From assembly GCF_009914755.1 (NCBI RefSeq), contig NC_060933.1: a stretch of 64,000 bases of DNA; one strand, written 5' to 3'. The translations under genes were made by a program, and so were the position numbers. The notes beneath the pieces were generated by a model. That model was not told where the DNA came from. It saw nothing but the letters and a program-made list of their open reading frames with translations, and searched no databases. This document shows positions 27,801-42,059 of the stretch, piece after piece. The stretch is from the human T2T-CHM13v2.0 reference genome, Homo sapiens. Numbering within the stretch: the stretch's first letter is position 1; each line of letters opens with the position of its first letter.

Positions 27801-30800
27801 TGCAATCGAGTTGAATCCATTGCATTTCATTCCATTCCATTCCATTCCATTCCTTTCCGGAAGATTCCATTCCATTGCATTCCATTCCATTCCATTCCCC
27901 TGCACTCGCGTTGATTCCATTCCATTCCATTCCATTCCATTCCATTCCATTCCGTTCCGTTCCATTCCATTCCATTCCATTCCATTCCATTCCATTCCGT
28001 TCCGTTCCATTCCATTCCATTCCATTCTATTCGGGTTAATTCCATTCCATTCCATTCGATTTCAATCGAGTTGATTCCATTCCATTCTATTCCATTGCAT
28101 TCCATTCCATTCCATTCCTTTGCATTCCATTACGGATGATTCCATTCCATTGCATTCCATTCCATTCCATTCCCCTGTACTCGGGTTGATTCCATTCCAT
28201 TATATTCCAATCCATGCCATTCCACTCGTGTTGATTCCATTCTTTCCATTCCATTCAAGTTGAATCCATTCCATTGCATTCCATTCCATTCCATTCCCCT
28301 GCAGTCGGGTTGATTCCATTCCATTCCATTCCATTCTATTCCATTCCATTCCGTTCCGTTCCGTTCCATTCCATTCCATTCCATTCTATTCGGGTTAATT
28401 CCATTCCATTCCATTCCACTCCATTCCAGTCCTTTCCTTTCCATTCCACTCGGGTTGATTCCAATGTATTCCTTTCAATTCCATTCCATTCCATTGCAAT
28501 CGAGTTGATTCCATTGCTTTGCATTCCATTCCATTCCATTCCATTCCGGATGATTCCATTCCATTGCATTCCATTCCATTCCATTCCCCTGCACTCGGGT
28601 TGATTCCATTCCATTCCACTCCATTCCGTTCCATTCCATTCCATTCCATTGTATTCGGGTTAATTCCATTCCATTCCATTCCATTCCATTCCATTCCATT
28701 ACATTCCCCTGCACTCGCGTTGATTCCATTCCATTCCATTCCATTCCATTCCATTCAATTCCATTCCATTACAATTCGTTCCATTCCATTCTATTCCGTA
28801 CCATTCCATTCCATTCCATACCATTCCATTCCATTCCATTCCGTTCCATTCCGTTCCATTCCATTCCATTCCATTCTATTCGGATTAATTCCATTCCATT
28901 CCATTCCGTTCCATTCTATTCCATTCCATTGCAATTGAGTTGAATCCATTGCATTTCATTCCATTCCATTCAATTCCATTCCATTCCGGAAGATTCCATT
29001 CCATTGCATTCCATTCCATTCCATTCCCCTGCACTCGCGTTGATTCCATTCCATTCCATTCCATTCCATTCCATTCCACTCCTTTCCGTTCCGTTCCATT
29101 CCATTCCATTCCATTCCATTCCATTCCGTTCCGTTCCATTCCATTCCATTCCATTCTATTCGGGTTAATTCCATTCCATTCCATTCGATTGCAATCGAGT
29201 TGATTCCATTCCATTCCATTCCATTCCTTTGCATTCCATTACGGATGATTCCATTCAATTGCATTCCATTCCATTGCATTCCCCTGTACTCGGGTTGATT
29301 CCATTCCATTCCATTCCAATCCATGCCATTCCACTCGTGTTGATTCCATTCTTTCCTTTCCATTCAAGTTGAATCCATTCCATTGCATTCCATTCCATTC
29401 GATTCCATTCTATTGCACTCGGGTTGATTCCATTCCATTGCATTCCATTCCATTCCATTCCATTCCATTCCATTCCATTCCATTCCGTTCCATTCCATTA
29501 CATTACATTCGGATTGATTCTATTCAATTCCCTTACACTTCATTATATTCCATTCCATTCGGGTAGTTTCCATTCCATTCCATTCCATTCCTCTCCATTC
29601 CATTGCACTCGGGTTGATTCCATTCCATTGCATTCCATTCCATTCCATTCCATTCCATTCCGTTCCATTCCATTCCATTACATTCGGATTGATTCTATTC
29701 AACTCCCTTACTCTCCATTACATTCCATTCCATTTCGGTTGTTCCATGCCATTCCATTCCATTCCACTCCATTCCATTGCACTCGGGTTGATTCCATTCC
29801 ATTCCATTCCATTCCATTCCATTCCATTTCATTCCATTACGGAAGATTCCATTCCATTGCATTCCATTCCATTCCATTCCCCAGCACTCGCGTTGATTCC
29901 ATTCCATTCAATTCCATTCCATTCCCTTCCTTTCCGTTCCATTCCATTCCATTCCATTCCATTCCATTCCGTTCCGTTCCATTCCATTCCATTCCATTCT
30001 ACTCGGGTTAATTCCATTCCATTCCATTCGATTGCAATCGAGTTGATTCCATTCCATTCCATTCCATTCCATTCCATTCCATTCCATTCCTTCCCATTCC
30101 ATTACGGATGATTCCATTCCATTGCATTCCATTCCATGCCATTCCCCTGTACTCGGGTTGATTCCATTCCATTTCATTCCAATCCATGCCCTTCCACTCG
30201 TGTTGATTCCATTCTTTCCATTCCATTCAAGTTGAATCCATTCCATTGCACTCCATTCCATTCGATTCCATTCGATTGCATTCGGGTTGATTCCATTCCA
30301 TTGCATTCCATTCCATTCCATTCCATTCCATTCCATTCCATTCCGTTCCATTCCATTCCATTACATTCGGATTGATTCTATTCAATTCCCTTACACTCCA
30401 TTACATTCCATTCCATTCGGGTAGTTTCCATTCCATTCCATTCCATTCCTCTCTATTCCATTGAACTCGGGTTGATTCCATTCCATTGCATTCCATTCCA
30501 TTCCATTCAATTCAATTCCGTTCCATTCCATTCCATTACATTCGGATTGATTCTATTCAACTCCCTTACTCTCCATTATATTCCATTCCATTCGGGTTGT
30601 TCCATTCCATTCCATTCCATTCCATTCCATTCCATTCCATTCCGGAAGATTCCATTCCATTGCATTCCATTCCATTCCATTCCCCTGCACTCGCGTTGAT
30701 TCCATTCCATTCCATTCCATTCCATTCCTTTCCGTTCCATTCCATTCCATTCCATTCCATTCCAATCCATTCCATTCCGTTCCGTTCCGTTCCATTCCAT

Positions 30801-31980
30801 TCCATTCCATTCTATTCGGGTTAATTCCATTCCATTCCATTCGATTGCACTCGCGTTGATTCCATTCCATTCCATTCAATTCCATTCCATTACAATTCGT
30901 TCCATTCCATTCTATTCCGTACCATTCCATTCCATTGCATACCATTCCATTCCATTCCATTCCATTCCATTCCGTTCCATTCCATTCCATTCCATTCCAT
31001 TCCATTCTATTCGGATTAATTCCATTCCATTCCATTCCATTCCATTCCATTCTATTCCATTCCATTGCAATCGAGTTGAATCCATTGCATTTCATTCCAT
31101 TCCATTCCATTCCATTCCTTTCCGGAAGATTCCATTCCATTCCATTCCATTCCATTCCATTCCGTTCCGTTCCATTCCATTCCATTCCATTCCATTCCAT
31201 TCCGTTCCGTTCCATTCCATTCCATTCCATTCTATTCGGGTTAATTCCATTCCATTCCATTCGATTTCAATCGAGTTGATTCCATTCCATTCTATTCCAT
31301 TCCATTCCATTCCATTCCATTCCTTTCCATTCCATTACGGATGATTCCATTCCATTGCATTCCATTCCATTCCATTCCCCTGTACTCGGGTTGATTCCAT
31401 TCCATTCTATTCCAATCCATGCCATTCCACTCGTGTTGATTCCAGTCTTTCCATTCCATTCAAGTTGAATCCATTCCATTGCATTCCATTCCATTCCATT
31501 CCCCTGCAGTCGGGTTGATTCCATTCCATTCCATTCCATTCCATTCCATTCTATTCCATTCCATTCCGTTCCGTTCCGTTCCATTCCATTCCATTCCACT
31601 CTATTCGGGTTAATTCCATTCCATTCCATTCCATTCCATTCCAATCGAGTTGATTCCATTCCATTCCATTCCATTCCATTCCACTCCATTCCAGTCCTTT
31701 CCATTCCATTCCACTCGGGTTGATTCCAATGTATTCCTTTCAATTCCATTCCATTCCATTGCAATCGAGTTGATTCCATTGCTTTGCATTCCATTCCATT
31801 CCATTCCATTCCGGATGATTCCATTCCATTGCATTCCATTCCATTCCATTCCCCTGCACTCGGGTTGATTCCATTCCATTCCACTCCATTCCGTTCCATT
31901 CCATTCCATTCCATTGTATTCGGGTTAATTCCATTCCATTCCATTCCATTCCATTCCATTCCATTCCATTCCATTACAAT
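24821..31980. repeat. Local higher-order repeat: 2760-bp copy, 3265-bp copy and a partial third copy
   Basis: TGCATACCAT at 24911/27671/30936, CCAATGTATTCCTTTCAATT at 25621/28461/31726, CCCAGCACTCG at 26620/29880 and TTGAACTCGG at 27201/30461. Confidence 0.9.
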
Positions 31981-34900
31981 CGAGTTGATTCCATTCCATT
32001 CCATTCCATTCCATTCCATTCCAGTCCTTTCCATTCCATTCCACTCGGGTTGATTCCATTCTATTAGTTTCCATTCCATTCCATTCCCTTCCATTACACT
32101 CTGGTTGATTCCATTCCTTTCCATTCCACTCGAATACATTCCCTCCTATTCCACTCGGAACGATTCCATTCCATTCCATTCCATTCCATTCCATTCCATT
32201 CCATTCCAGTTCGTTCCATTCCATTCTATTCCGTACCATTCCATTCCATTCCATTCCTTTCCATTCCATTCCTTTCCACTCGTGTTGATTCCATTCCTTT
32301 CCATTCCATTCGGTTTGAAGGCATTCCATTCCATTCCATTCCATTCCATTCCATTCCATTCCATTCCATTCCATTCCGTTACATTCGGATTGATTCTATT
32401 CAATTCCCTTACACTCCATTACATTCCATTCCATTCGGGATGTTTCCATTCCATTCCATTCCATTCCACTCCATTCCATTGCATCAGGTTGATTGCATTG
32501 CATTCCATTCCATTCCATTCCGGATGATTCCATTCCATTGCATTCCATTCCATTCCATTCCCCTGCACTCGGGTTGATTCCATTCCATTCCATTCCATTC
32601 CATTCCATTCCATTCCATTCCGTTCCATTCCATTCCATTCCATTCTATTCCGGTTAATTCCATTCCATTCCATTCGATTGCAATCGTGTTGATTCCATTC
32701 CATTCCATTCCATTCCATTCCATTCCATTGCATTCCTTTCCATTCCATTACGGATGATTCCATTTCATTGCATTCCATTCCATTCCATTCCCCTGTACTC
32801 GGGTTGATTCCATTCCATTGCATTCCAATCCATGCCCTTCCAGTCGTGTTGATTCCATTCTTTCCATTCCATTCAAGTTGAATCCATTCCATTGCATTCC
32901 ATTCCATTCGATTCCATTCGATTGCACTCGGGTTGATTCCATTCCATTGCATTCCATTCCTTTCCATTCCATTCCATTCCATTCCATTCCATTCCGTTCC
33001 ATTCCATTCCATTACATTCGGATTGATTCTATTCAATTCCCTTGCACTCCATTACATTCCATTCCATTCGGGTAGTTTCCATTCCATTCCATTCCATTCC
33101 TCTCCATTCCATTGCACTCGGGTTGATTCCATTCCATTGCATTCCATTCCATTCCATTCAATTCCATTCCGTTCCATTGCATTCCATTACATTCGGATTG
33201 ATTCTATTCAACTCCCTTACTCTCCATTACATTCCATTCCATTTCATTCCATTCCATTCCATTCCATTCCACTCCATTCCATTGCACTCGGGTTTATTCA
33301 ATTCCATTCCATTCCATTCCATTCCATTCCATTCCATTCCATTCCGGAAGATTCCATTCCATTGCATTCCATTCCATTCCATTCCATTGCTTTCCATTCC
33401 ATTCCATTCCCCTGCACTCGCGTTGATTCCATTCCATTCCATTCCATTCCATTCCATTCCTTTCCGTTCCATTCTATTCCATTCCATTCGATTGCAATCG
33501 AGTTGATTCCATTCTATTCCATTCCATTCCATTCCATTCCTTTCCATTCCATTACGGATGATTCCATTCCATTGCATTACATTACATTCCATTCCCCTGT
33601 ACTCGGGTTGATTCCATTCCATTCCATTCCATTCCATTCTATTCCATTCCATTCCATTCCATTCCAGAAGTTTCCATTCCATTGCATTCCATTCCATTCC
33701 ATTCCCCTGCACTCGCGTTGATTCCATTCCATTCCATTCCATTCCATTCCATTGCATTCCATTCCGATCCGTTCCATTCCATTCCATTCCATTCCATTCC
33801 GTTCCGTTCCATTCCATTCCATTCCATTCTATTCGGGTTAATTCCATTCCATTCCATTCAATTGCAATCGAGTTGATTCCATTCCATTCCATTCCATTCC
33901 ATTCCATTCCATTCCTTTCCATTACATTACGGGTGATTCCATTCCATTTCATTCCATTCCATTCCATTCCCCTGTACTAGGGTTGATTCTATTCCATTCC
34001 ATTCCAATCCATGCCATTCCACTCGTGTTGATTCCATTCTTTCCATTCCATTCAAGTTGAATCCATTCCATTGCATTCCATTCCATTCGATTCCATTCGA
34101 TTGCACTCGGATTGATTCCATGGCATTGCATTCCATTCCATTCCATTCCATTGCATTCCTTTCCATTCCATTCCATTCCATTCCATTCGGATTCATTCTA
34201 TTCAATTCCCTTACACTCCATTAGATTCCATTCCATTCGTGTAGTTTGCATTCCATTCCATGCCATTCCTCTCCATTCCATTGCACTCGGGTTGATTCCA
34301 TTCCATTCCTTTCTGTTCCATTCCACTCCATTCCATTCCATTCTATTCGTGTTAATTCCGTTCCATTCTATTCCATTCCATTCCATTGAAATCGAGTTGA
34401 TTCCATTCCATTCAATTCCATTCCATTCCATTCAATTCCATTCGGGATGATTCCATTCCATTTTATTCCATTCCATTCCATTCCACTGCACTCGGGTTGA
34501 TTCCATTCCATTCCATTCCATTACATTCCATTCCATTCCGTTCCATTTCATTCTATTCGGGTTAATTCCATTCCATTCCATTCCATTGCAATGGAGTAGA
34601 TTCCATTCCATTCCATTGCAATGGAGTTGATTCCATTCTATTCCATTCCATTCCGGATGATTCCATTCCATTGCATTCCATTCCATTCCATTGCCCTGCA
34701 CTCGTGTTCATTCCATTCCGTCCATTCCATTCCATTCCATTCTATTCCGGTTAATTCCATTCCATTCCATTCCATTCCATTCTATTCCATTGCAATCGAG
34801 TTGATTCCATTCCATTCCTTTCCATTCCATTCCATTGTCTTGCATTCCACTCGGGTTGATTCCATTCCCTTCTTTCCACTCCATTACATTCCCTTCCATT

Positions 34901-35640
34901 CCACTCGGAATGATTGATTCCATTCCATTCCATTCCATTTCATTCCATTGCAATCCATTCCAATCCATTCCATTCCATTCCATTCCACTCGAGTTGACTT
35001 CATTCCATTCCTTTCCATTCCATTTCATTCCTTTCCACTCGAGTTGATTCCATTCCATTTCAATCCATTGCATTCCATTCCATGCCATTCCACTCGGGTT
35101 GATTCCATTCCTTTGCATTCCATTCCATTCCATTCCATTCCATTCCGTTGCATTCCATTCCATTACATTCGGATTGATTCTATTCAACTCCCTTACTCTC
35201 CATTAAATTCCATTCCATTCGGGTTGTTCCATTCCATTCCATTCCATTCCACTCCATTCCATTGCACTCGGGTTGATTCCATTCCATTCCATTCCATTCC
35301 ATTCCATTCCATTCCGGATGATTCCATTCCATTACATTCCGTTCCATTACATTCCCCTGCACTCGCGTTGATTCCATTCCATTCCATTCCATTCCATTCC
35401 ATTCAATTCCATTCCATTACAATTCGTTCCATTCCATTCTATTCCGTACCATTCCATTCCATTCCATACCATTCCATTCCATTCCATTCCATTCCATTCC
35501 ATTCTGGAAGATTCCATTCCATTGCATTCCATTCCATTCCATTCCCCTGCACTCGCGTTGATTCCATTCCATTCCATTCCATTCCATTCCATTCCTTTCC
35601 GTTCCATTCCATTCCATTCCATTCCATTCCATTCCATTCC

Positions 35641-35675
35641 GTTCCGTTCCGTTCCGTTCCGTTCCGTTCCGTTCC
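35641..35675. repeat. (GTTCC)7 variant-pentamer run
   Basis: Seven consecutive GTTCC units, the longest such run I saw in the window. Confidence 0.9.
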
Positions 35676-36354
35676 ATTCCATTCCATTCCATTCTATTCG
35701 GGTTAACTCCATTCCATTCCATTCGATTGCAATCGAGTAGATTCCATTCCATTCCATTCCATTCCATTCCATTCCATTCCATTCCATTCCTTTCCATTCC
35801 ATTACGGATGATTCCATTCCATTGCATTCCATTCCATTCCATTCCCCTGTACTCGGGTTGATTCCATTCCATTCCATTCCAATCCATGCCATTCCACTCG
35901 TGTTGATTCCATTCTTTCCATTCCATTCAAGTTGAATCCATTCCATTGCATTCCATTCCATTCCATTCCCCTGCAGTCGGGTTGACTCCATTCCATTCCA
36001 TTCCATTCCGTTCCGTTCCGTTCCGTTCCGTTCCATTCCATTCCATTCTATTCGGGTTAATTCCATTCCATTCCATTCCATTCCATTCCTTTCCAATCGA
36101 GTTGATTCCATTCCATTCCATTCCACTCCATTCCAGTCCTTTCCATTCCATTCCACTCGTGTTGATTCCATTCCCTTCCATTCCATTCCATACCATTCCA
36201 TTCCATTCCATTCCGTTCCATTCCGTTCCATTCCATTCCATTCCATTCTATTCGGATTAATTCCATTCCATTCCATTCCATTCCATTCTATTCCATTCCA
36301 TTGCAATCGAGTTGAATCCATTGCATTTCATTCCATTCGATTCCATTCCATTCC

Positions 36355-36370
36355 ATTCCGGAAGTTTCCA
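36355..36370. promoter_or_regulatory. Composite HSE / TonE(NFAT5)-like site ATTCCGGAAGTTTCCA
   Basis: Fits nTTCnnGAAnnTTCn, and the - strand TGGAAACTTCC fits TGGAAANNYNY. Similar copies near 22743, 33661, 41370 and 58613. Confidence 0.35.
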
Positions 36371-38235
36371 TTCCATTGCATTCCATTCCATTCCATTCCA
36401 TTCCGTTCCGTTCCATTCCATTCCATTCCATTCCGTTCCATTCCATTCTATTCCATTCCATTCTATTCTGGTTAATTCCATTCCATTCCATTCGATTGCA
36501 ATCGAGTTGATTCCATTCCATTCTATTCCATTCCATTCCATTCCATTCCTTTCCATTCCATTACGGATGATTCCATTCCATTGCATTCCATTCCATTCCA
36601 TTCCCCTGTACTCGGGTTGATTCCATTCCATTCCATTCCAATCCATGCCATTCCACTCGTGTTGATTCCATTCTTTCCATTCCATTCAAGTTGAATCCAT
36701 TCCATTGCATTCCATTCATTCGATTCAATTCGATTGCACTCGGGTTGATTCCATTGCATTGCATTCCATTCCATTCCATTCCATTCCATTCCGTTCCATT
36801 CCATTCCATTACATTCGGATTGATTCTATTCAATTCCCTTACACTCCATTACATTCCATTCCATTCGGGTAGTTTCCATTCCATTCCATTCCATTCCTCT
36901 CCATTCCATTGCACTCGGGTTGATTCCATTCCATTGCATTCCATTCCATTCCATTCAATTCCATTCCGTTCCATTGCATTCCATTACATTCGGATTGATT
37001 CTATTCAACTCCCTTACTCTCCATTACATTCCATTCCATTCGGGTTGTTCCATTCCATTCCATTCCATTCCACTCCATTCCATTGCACTCGGGTTTATTC
37101 CATTCCATTCCATTCCATTCCATTGCATTCCGGAAGATTCCATTCCATTGCATTCCATTCCATTCGAATCCCCTGCACTCGCGTTGATTCCATTCCATTC
37201 CATTCCATTCCATTCCATTCCATTCCATTCCATTCCATTCCATTCCTTTCCGTTCCATTCCATTCCATTCCATTCCATTCCAATCCATTCCATTCCGTTC
37301 CGTTCCGTTCCATTCCATTCCATTCCATTCTTTTCGGGTAATTCCATTCCATTCCATTCGATTGAAATCGAGTTGATTCCATTCCATTCCATTCCATTCC
37401 ATTCCTTTCCTTTCCATTCCATTACGGATGATTCCATTCCATTGCATTCCATTCCATTCCATTCCCCTGTACTCGGGTTGATTCCATTCCATTCCATTCC
37501 AATCCATGCCATTCCACTCGTGTTGTTTCCATTCTTTCCATTCCATTCAAGTTGAATCCATTCCATTGCATTCCATTCCATTCGATTCCATTCGATTGCA
37601 CTCGGGTTGATTCCATTCCATTGCATTCCATTCCATTCCATTTCATTCCATTCCATTCCTTTCCATTCCATTCCATTCCATTCCATTCCATTGCAATCGA
37701 GTTGATTCCATTCCATTCCTTTCCATTCCATTCCATTGCCTTGCATTCCAGTCGGGTTGATTCCATTCCCATCTTTCCACTCCATTACATTCCCTTCCAT
37801 TCCACTCGAATGATTGATTCCATTCCATTCCATTCCATTTCATTCCATTGCAATCCATTCCAATCCATTCCATTCCATTCCATTCCACTCGAGTTGATTT
37901 CATTCCATTCCTTTCCATTCCATTCCATTCCTTTCCACTCGAGTTGATTCCATTGCATTCCTTTCCATTGCATTCCGTTCCATGCCATTCCACTCGGGTT
38001 GATTCCATTCCATTCCATTCCATTCCAATCCATTCCATTGCATTCCATTCCATTCCTTTCCCCTGCACTCGGGTTAATTCCATTCCATTCCATTCCATTT
38101 AATTCCATTCCATTCCATTCCATTCCTTTCCAATCCGTTCCATTCCATTCCATTCTATTCCATTGCAATCGACTTGATTCCATTCCATTCCATTCCATTC
38201 CATTCTATTCCATTCCATTCCATTCCATTCCATTC

Positions 38236-38325
38236 CATTTTTTTCCAATCCATTCTATTCCGAACCATTCCATTCCATTCCATTTTTTTCCAATCCATTC
38301 TATTCCGAACCATTCCATTCCATTC
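38236..38325. repeat. 45-bp perfect tandem duplication containing a T7 run
   Basis: CATTTTTTTCCAATCCATTCTATTCCGAACC starts at both 38236 and 38281. Confidence 0.9.
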
Positions 38326-41300
38326 CATTCCATTCCATTCCATTCCATTCCAGCCATTCCACTCGGGTTGATTCCATTCCTTTCCATTCCATTCGGGTTG
38401 AATCCATTCCACTCCATTCCATTCCATTCGAATCCATTCCATTGCACTCGGGTTGATTCCATTCCATTCCATTCCATTCGATTCCATTCCATTCGATTCC
38501 ATTCCGTTCCATTCCATTGCATTACATTCACATTGATTCTATTCAATTCCCTTACACTCCATTATATTCCAATCCATTCTGGTTGTTTCCATTCCATTCC
38601 ATTCCATTTCACTCCATTCCATTGCACTCGGTTTGATTCCATTCCATTCCATTCCATTCCATTCCGGATGATTCCATTCCATTGCATTCCATTCCATTCC
38701 ATTCCCCTGCACTCAGGTTGATTCCATTCCATTCCATTCCACTGCATTCGGTTCCGTTCCATTCCATTCTATTGCATTCCATTCTATTCGGGTTAATTCC
38801 ATTCCATTCTATTCCATTCCATTCCATTCCATTCCATTGTAATGGAGTTGATTCCTTTCCATTCCATTCCATTCCGGATGATTCCATTCCATTGCATTCC
38901 ATTCCATTCCATTCCCCTGCACTCGTGTTGATTCCATTACCTTCCATTCCATTCCATTCCGTTCCATTCCATTGCATTCCATTCTATTCCGGTTAATTCC
39001 ATTCCATTCCATTCCATTCCATTCCATTCCATTGCAATCGAGTTGATTCCATTCCATTCCTTTCCATTCCATTCCATTGCCTTGCATTCCAATCGGATTG
39101 ATTCCATTCCCTTCTTTCCACTCCATTACATTCCCTTCCATTCCACTCGGAATGATTGATTCCATTCCATTCCATTCCATTTCATTCCGTTGCAATCCAT
39201 TCCAATCTATTCCATTCCATTCCTTTCCACTCGAGTTGATTTCATTCCATTCCTTTCCATTCCATTCCATTCCTTTCCACTCGAGTTGATTCCATTCCAT
39301 TCCATTCCATTGCATTCCATTCCATGCCATTCCACTCGGGTTGATTCCATTCCTTTGCATTCCATTCCATTCCATTCCATTCCATTCCATTCCATTCCAT
39401 TCCATTCCATTCCGTTGCATTCCATTCCATTACATTCGGATTGATTCTATTCAACTCCCTTACTCTCCATTACATTACATTCCATTCGGGTTGTTCCATT
39501 CCATTCCATTCCATTCCGAATGATTCCATTCCATTGCATTCCATTCGATTACATTACCCTGCACTCGCGTTGATTCCATTCCATTCCATTCCATTCCATT
39601 CAATTCCATTCTATTACAATTCGTTCCATTCCATTCTATTCCGTACCATTCCATTCCATTCCATACCATTCCATTCCATTCCATTCCATTCCATTCCATT
39701 CCATTCCGTTCCATTCCGTTCCATTCCATTCCATTTTATTCGGGTTAATTACATTCCATTCCATTCCATTCCATTCTATTCCATTCCATTGCAATCGAGT
39801 TGAATCCATTGCATTTCATTCCATTCCATTCCATTGCATTGCATTCCGGAACATTCCATTCCATTGCATTCCATTCCATTCCATTCCCCTGCACTCGCGT
39901 TGATTCCATTCCATTCCATTCCATTCCATTCAATTCCATTCCGTTCCGTTCCATTCCATTCCATTCAATTCCATTCCTTTCCATTCCATTACGGATGATT
40001 CCATTCCATTGCATTCCATTCCATTCCATTCCCCTGTACTCGGGATGATTCCATTCCATTGCATTCCAATCCATGCCCTTCCACTCGTGTTGATTCCATT
40101 CTTTCCATTCCATTCAAGTTGAATCCATTCCATTGTATTCCATTCCATTCCATTCCATTCGATTGCACTCGGGTTGATTCCATTCCATTGCATTCCATTC
40201 CATTCCATTCCATTCCATTCCATTCCATTCCATTCCGTTCCATTCCATTCCATTACATTCGGATTGATTCTATTCAATTCCCTTACACTCCATTACATTC
40301 CATTCCATTCGGGTAGTTTCCATTCCATTCCATTCCATTCCTCTCCATTCCATTGCACTCGGGTTGATTCCATTCCATTGCATTCCATTCCATTCCATTC
40401 AATTCCATTCCGTTCCATTCCATTCCATTACATTTGGATTGACTCTATTCAACTCCCTTACTCTCCATTACATTCCATTCCATTCGGGTTGTTCCATTCC
40501 ATTCCATTCCATTCCACTCCATTCCATTGCACTCGGGTTTATTCCATTCCATTCCATTCCATTCCATTCCATTCCATTCCATTCCATTCCGGAAGATTCC
40601 ATTCCATTGCATTCCATTCCATTCCATTCCCCTGCACTCGCGTTGATTCCATTCCATTCCATTCCGTTCCATTCCATTCCATTCCATTCCATTCCTTTCC
40701 GTTCCATTCCATTCCATTCCATTCCATTCCATTCCATTCCGTTCCGTTCCGTTCCGTTCCATTCCATTCCATTCCATTCTATTCGGGATAACTCCATTCC
40801 ATTCCATTCGATTGCAATCGAGTTGATTCCATTCCATTCCATTCCATTCCATTCCATTCCTTTCCATTCCATTACGGATGATTCCATTCCATTGCATTCC
40901 ATTCCATTCCATTGCATTCCATTCCATTCCATTCCCCTGTACTCGGGTTCATTCCATTCCATTCCATTCCAATCCATGCCATTCCACTCGTGTTGATTCC
41001 ATTCGTTGCATTCCATTCAAGTTGAATCCATTCCATTGCATTCCATTCCATTCCATTCCCCTGCAGTCGGTTTGACTCCATTCCATTCCATTCCATTCCA
41101 TTCCATTCCATTCCATTCCGTTCCAATCGAGTTGATTCCATTCCATTCCATTCCATTCCATTCCACTCCATTCCAGTCCTTTCCATTCCATTCCACTCGT
41201 GTTGATTCCATTCCCTTTCATTCCATTCCATACCATTCCGTTCCATTCCATTCCATTCCATTCTATTCGGATTAATTCCATTCCATTCCATTCCATTCCA

Positions 41301-42059
41301 TTCTATTCCATTCCATTGCAATCGAGTTGAATCCATTGCATTTCATTCCATTCCATTCCATTCCATTCCATTCCGGAAGTTTCCATTCCATTGCATTCCA
41401 TTCCATTCCATTCCATTCCGTTCCGTTCCATTCCATTCCATTCCATTCCGTTCCGTTCCATTCCATTCCATTCCATTCTATTCTGGTTAATTCCATTCCA
41501 TTCCATTCCATTCCATTCCATTCCATTCCATTCCATTCCATTCCGTTCCATTCCGGAAGATTCCATTCCATTGCATTCCATTCCATTCCATTCCCCTGCA
41601 CTCGCGTTGATTCCATTCCATTCCATTCCATTCCATTCCATTCCATTCCATTCCATTCCTTTCCGTTCCATTCCATTCCATTCCGTTCCGTTCCGTTCCG
41701 TTCCGTTCCATTCCATTCCATTCCATTCTATTCGGGTTAATTCCATTCCATTCCATTCGATTGCAATCGAGTTGATTCCATTCCATTCCATTCCATTCCA
41801 TTCCATTCCATTCCATTCCATTCCATTCCTTTCCATTCCATTACGGATGATTCCATTCCATTGCATTCCATTCCATTCCATTCCCCTGTACTCGGGTTGA
41901 TTCCATTCCATTCCATTCCAATCTATGCCATTCCACTCGTGTTGATTCCATTCTTTCCATTCCATTCAAGTTGAATCCATTCCATTGCATTCCATTCCAT
42001 TCCATTCCCCTGCAGTCAGGTTGTCTCCATTCCATTCCATTCCATTCCATTCCATTCCA

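Larger units (their letters stand above)
34600..41500. repeat. Older, rearranged duplication (34.6-36.5 kb vs 38.8-41.5 kb)
   Basis: Shared rare variants: the GGAATGATTGATT module (~34907/~39149), TTGACTCCA (35982/41072), TAACTCC (~35704/~40789) and CTATTCTGGTTAATT (~36463/~41478). The offset grows from ~4.2 to ~5.1 kb. Confidence 0.7.

Noticed and set aside
34907-34922. TGATTGAT (PBX-like) or DUX4-like motif in GGAATGATTGATTCC
   Set aside because: It does not fit DUX4 TAAYYYAATCA. The PBX match is 8 bp in four copies with no other support.
36360-36369. NF-kB-like GGAAGTTTCC
   Set aside because: It mismatches GGGRNWYYCC at the third G, and TTCC half-sites are ubiquitous here, so the match is uninformative.
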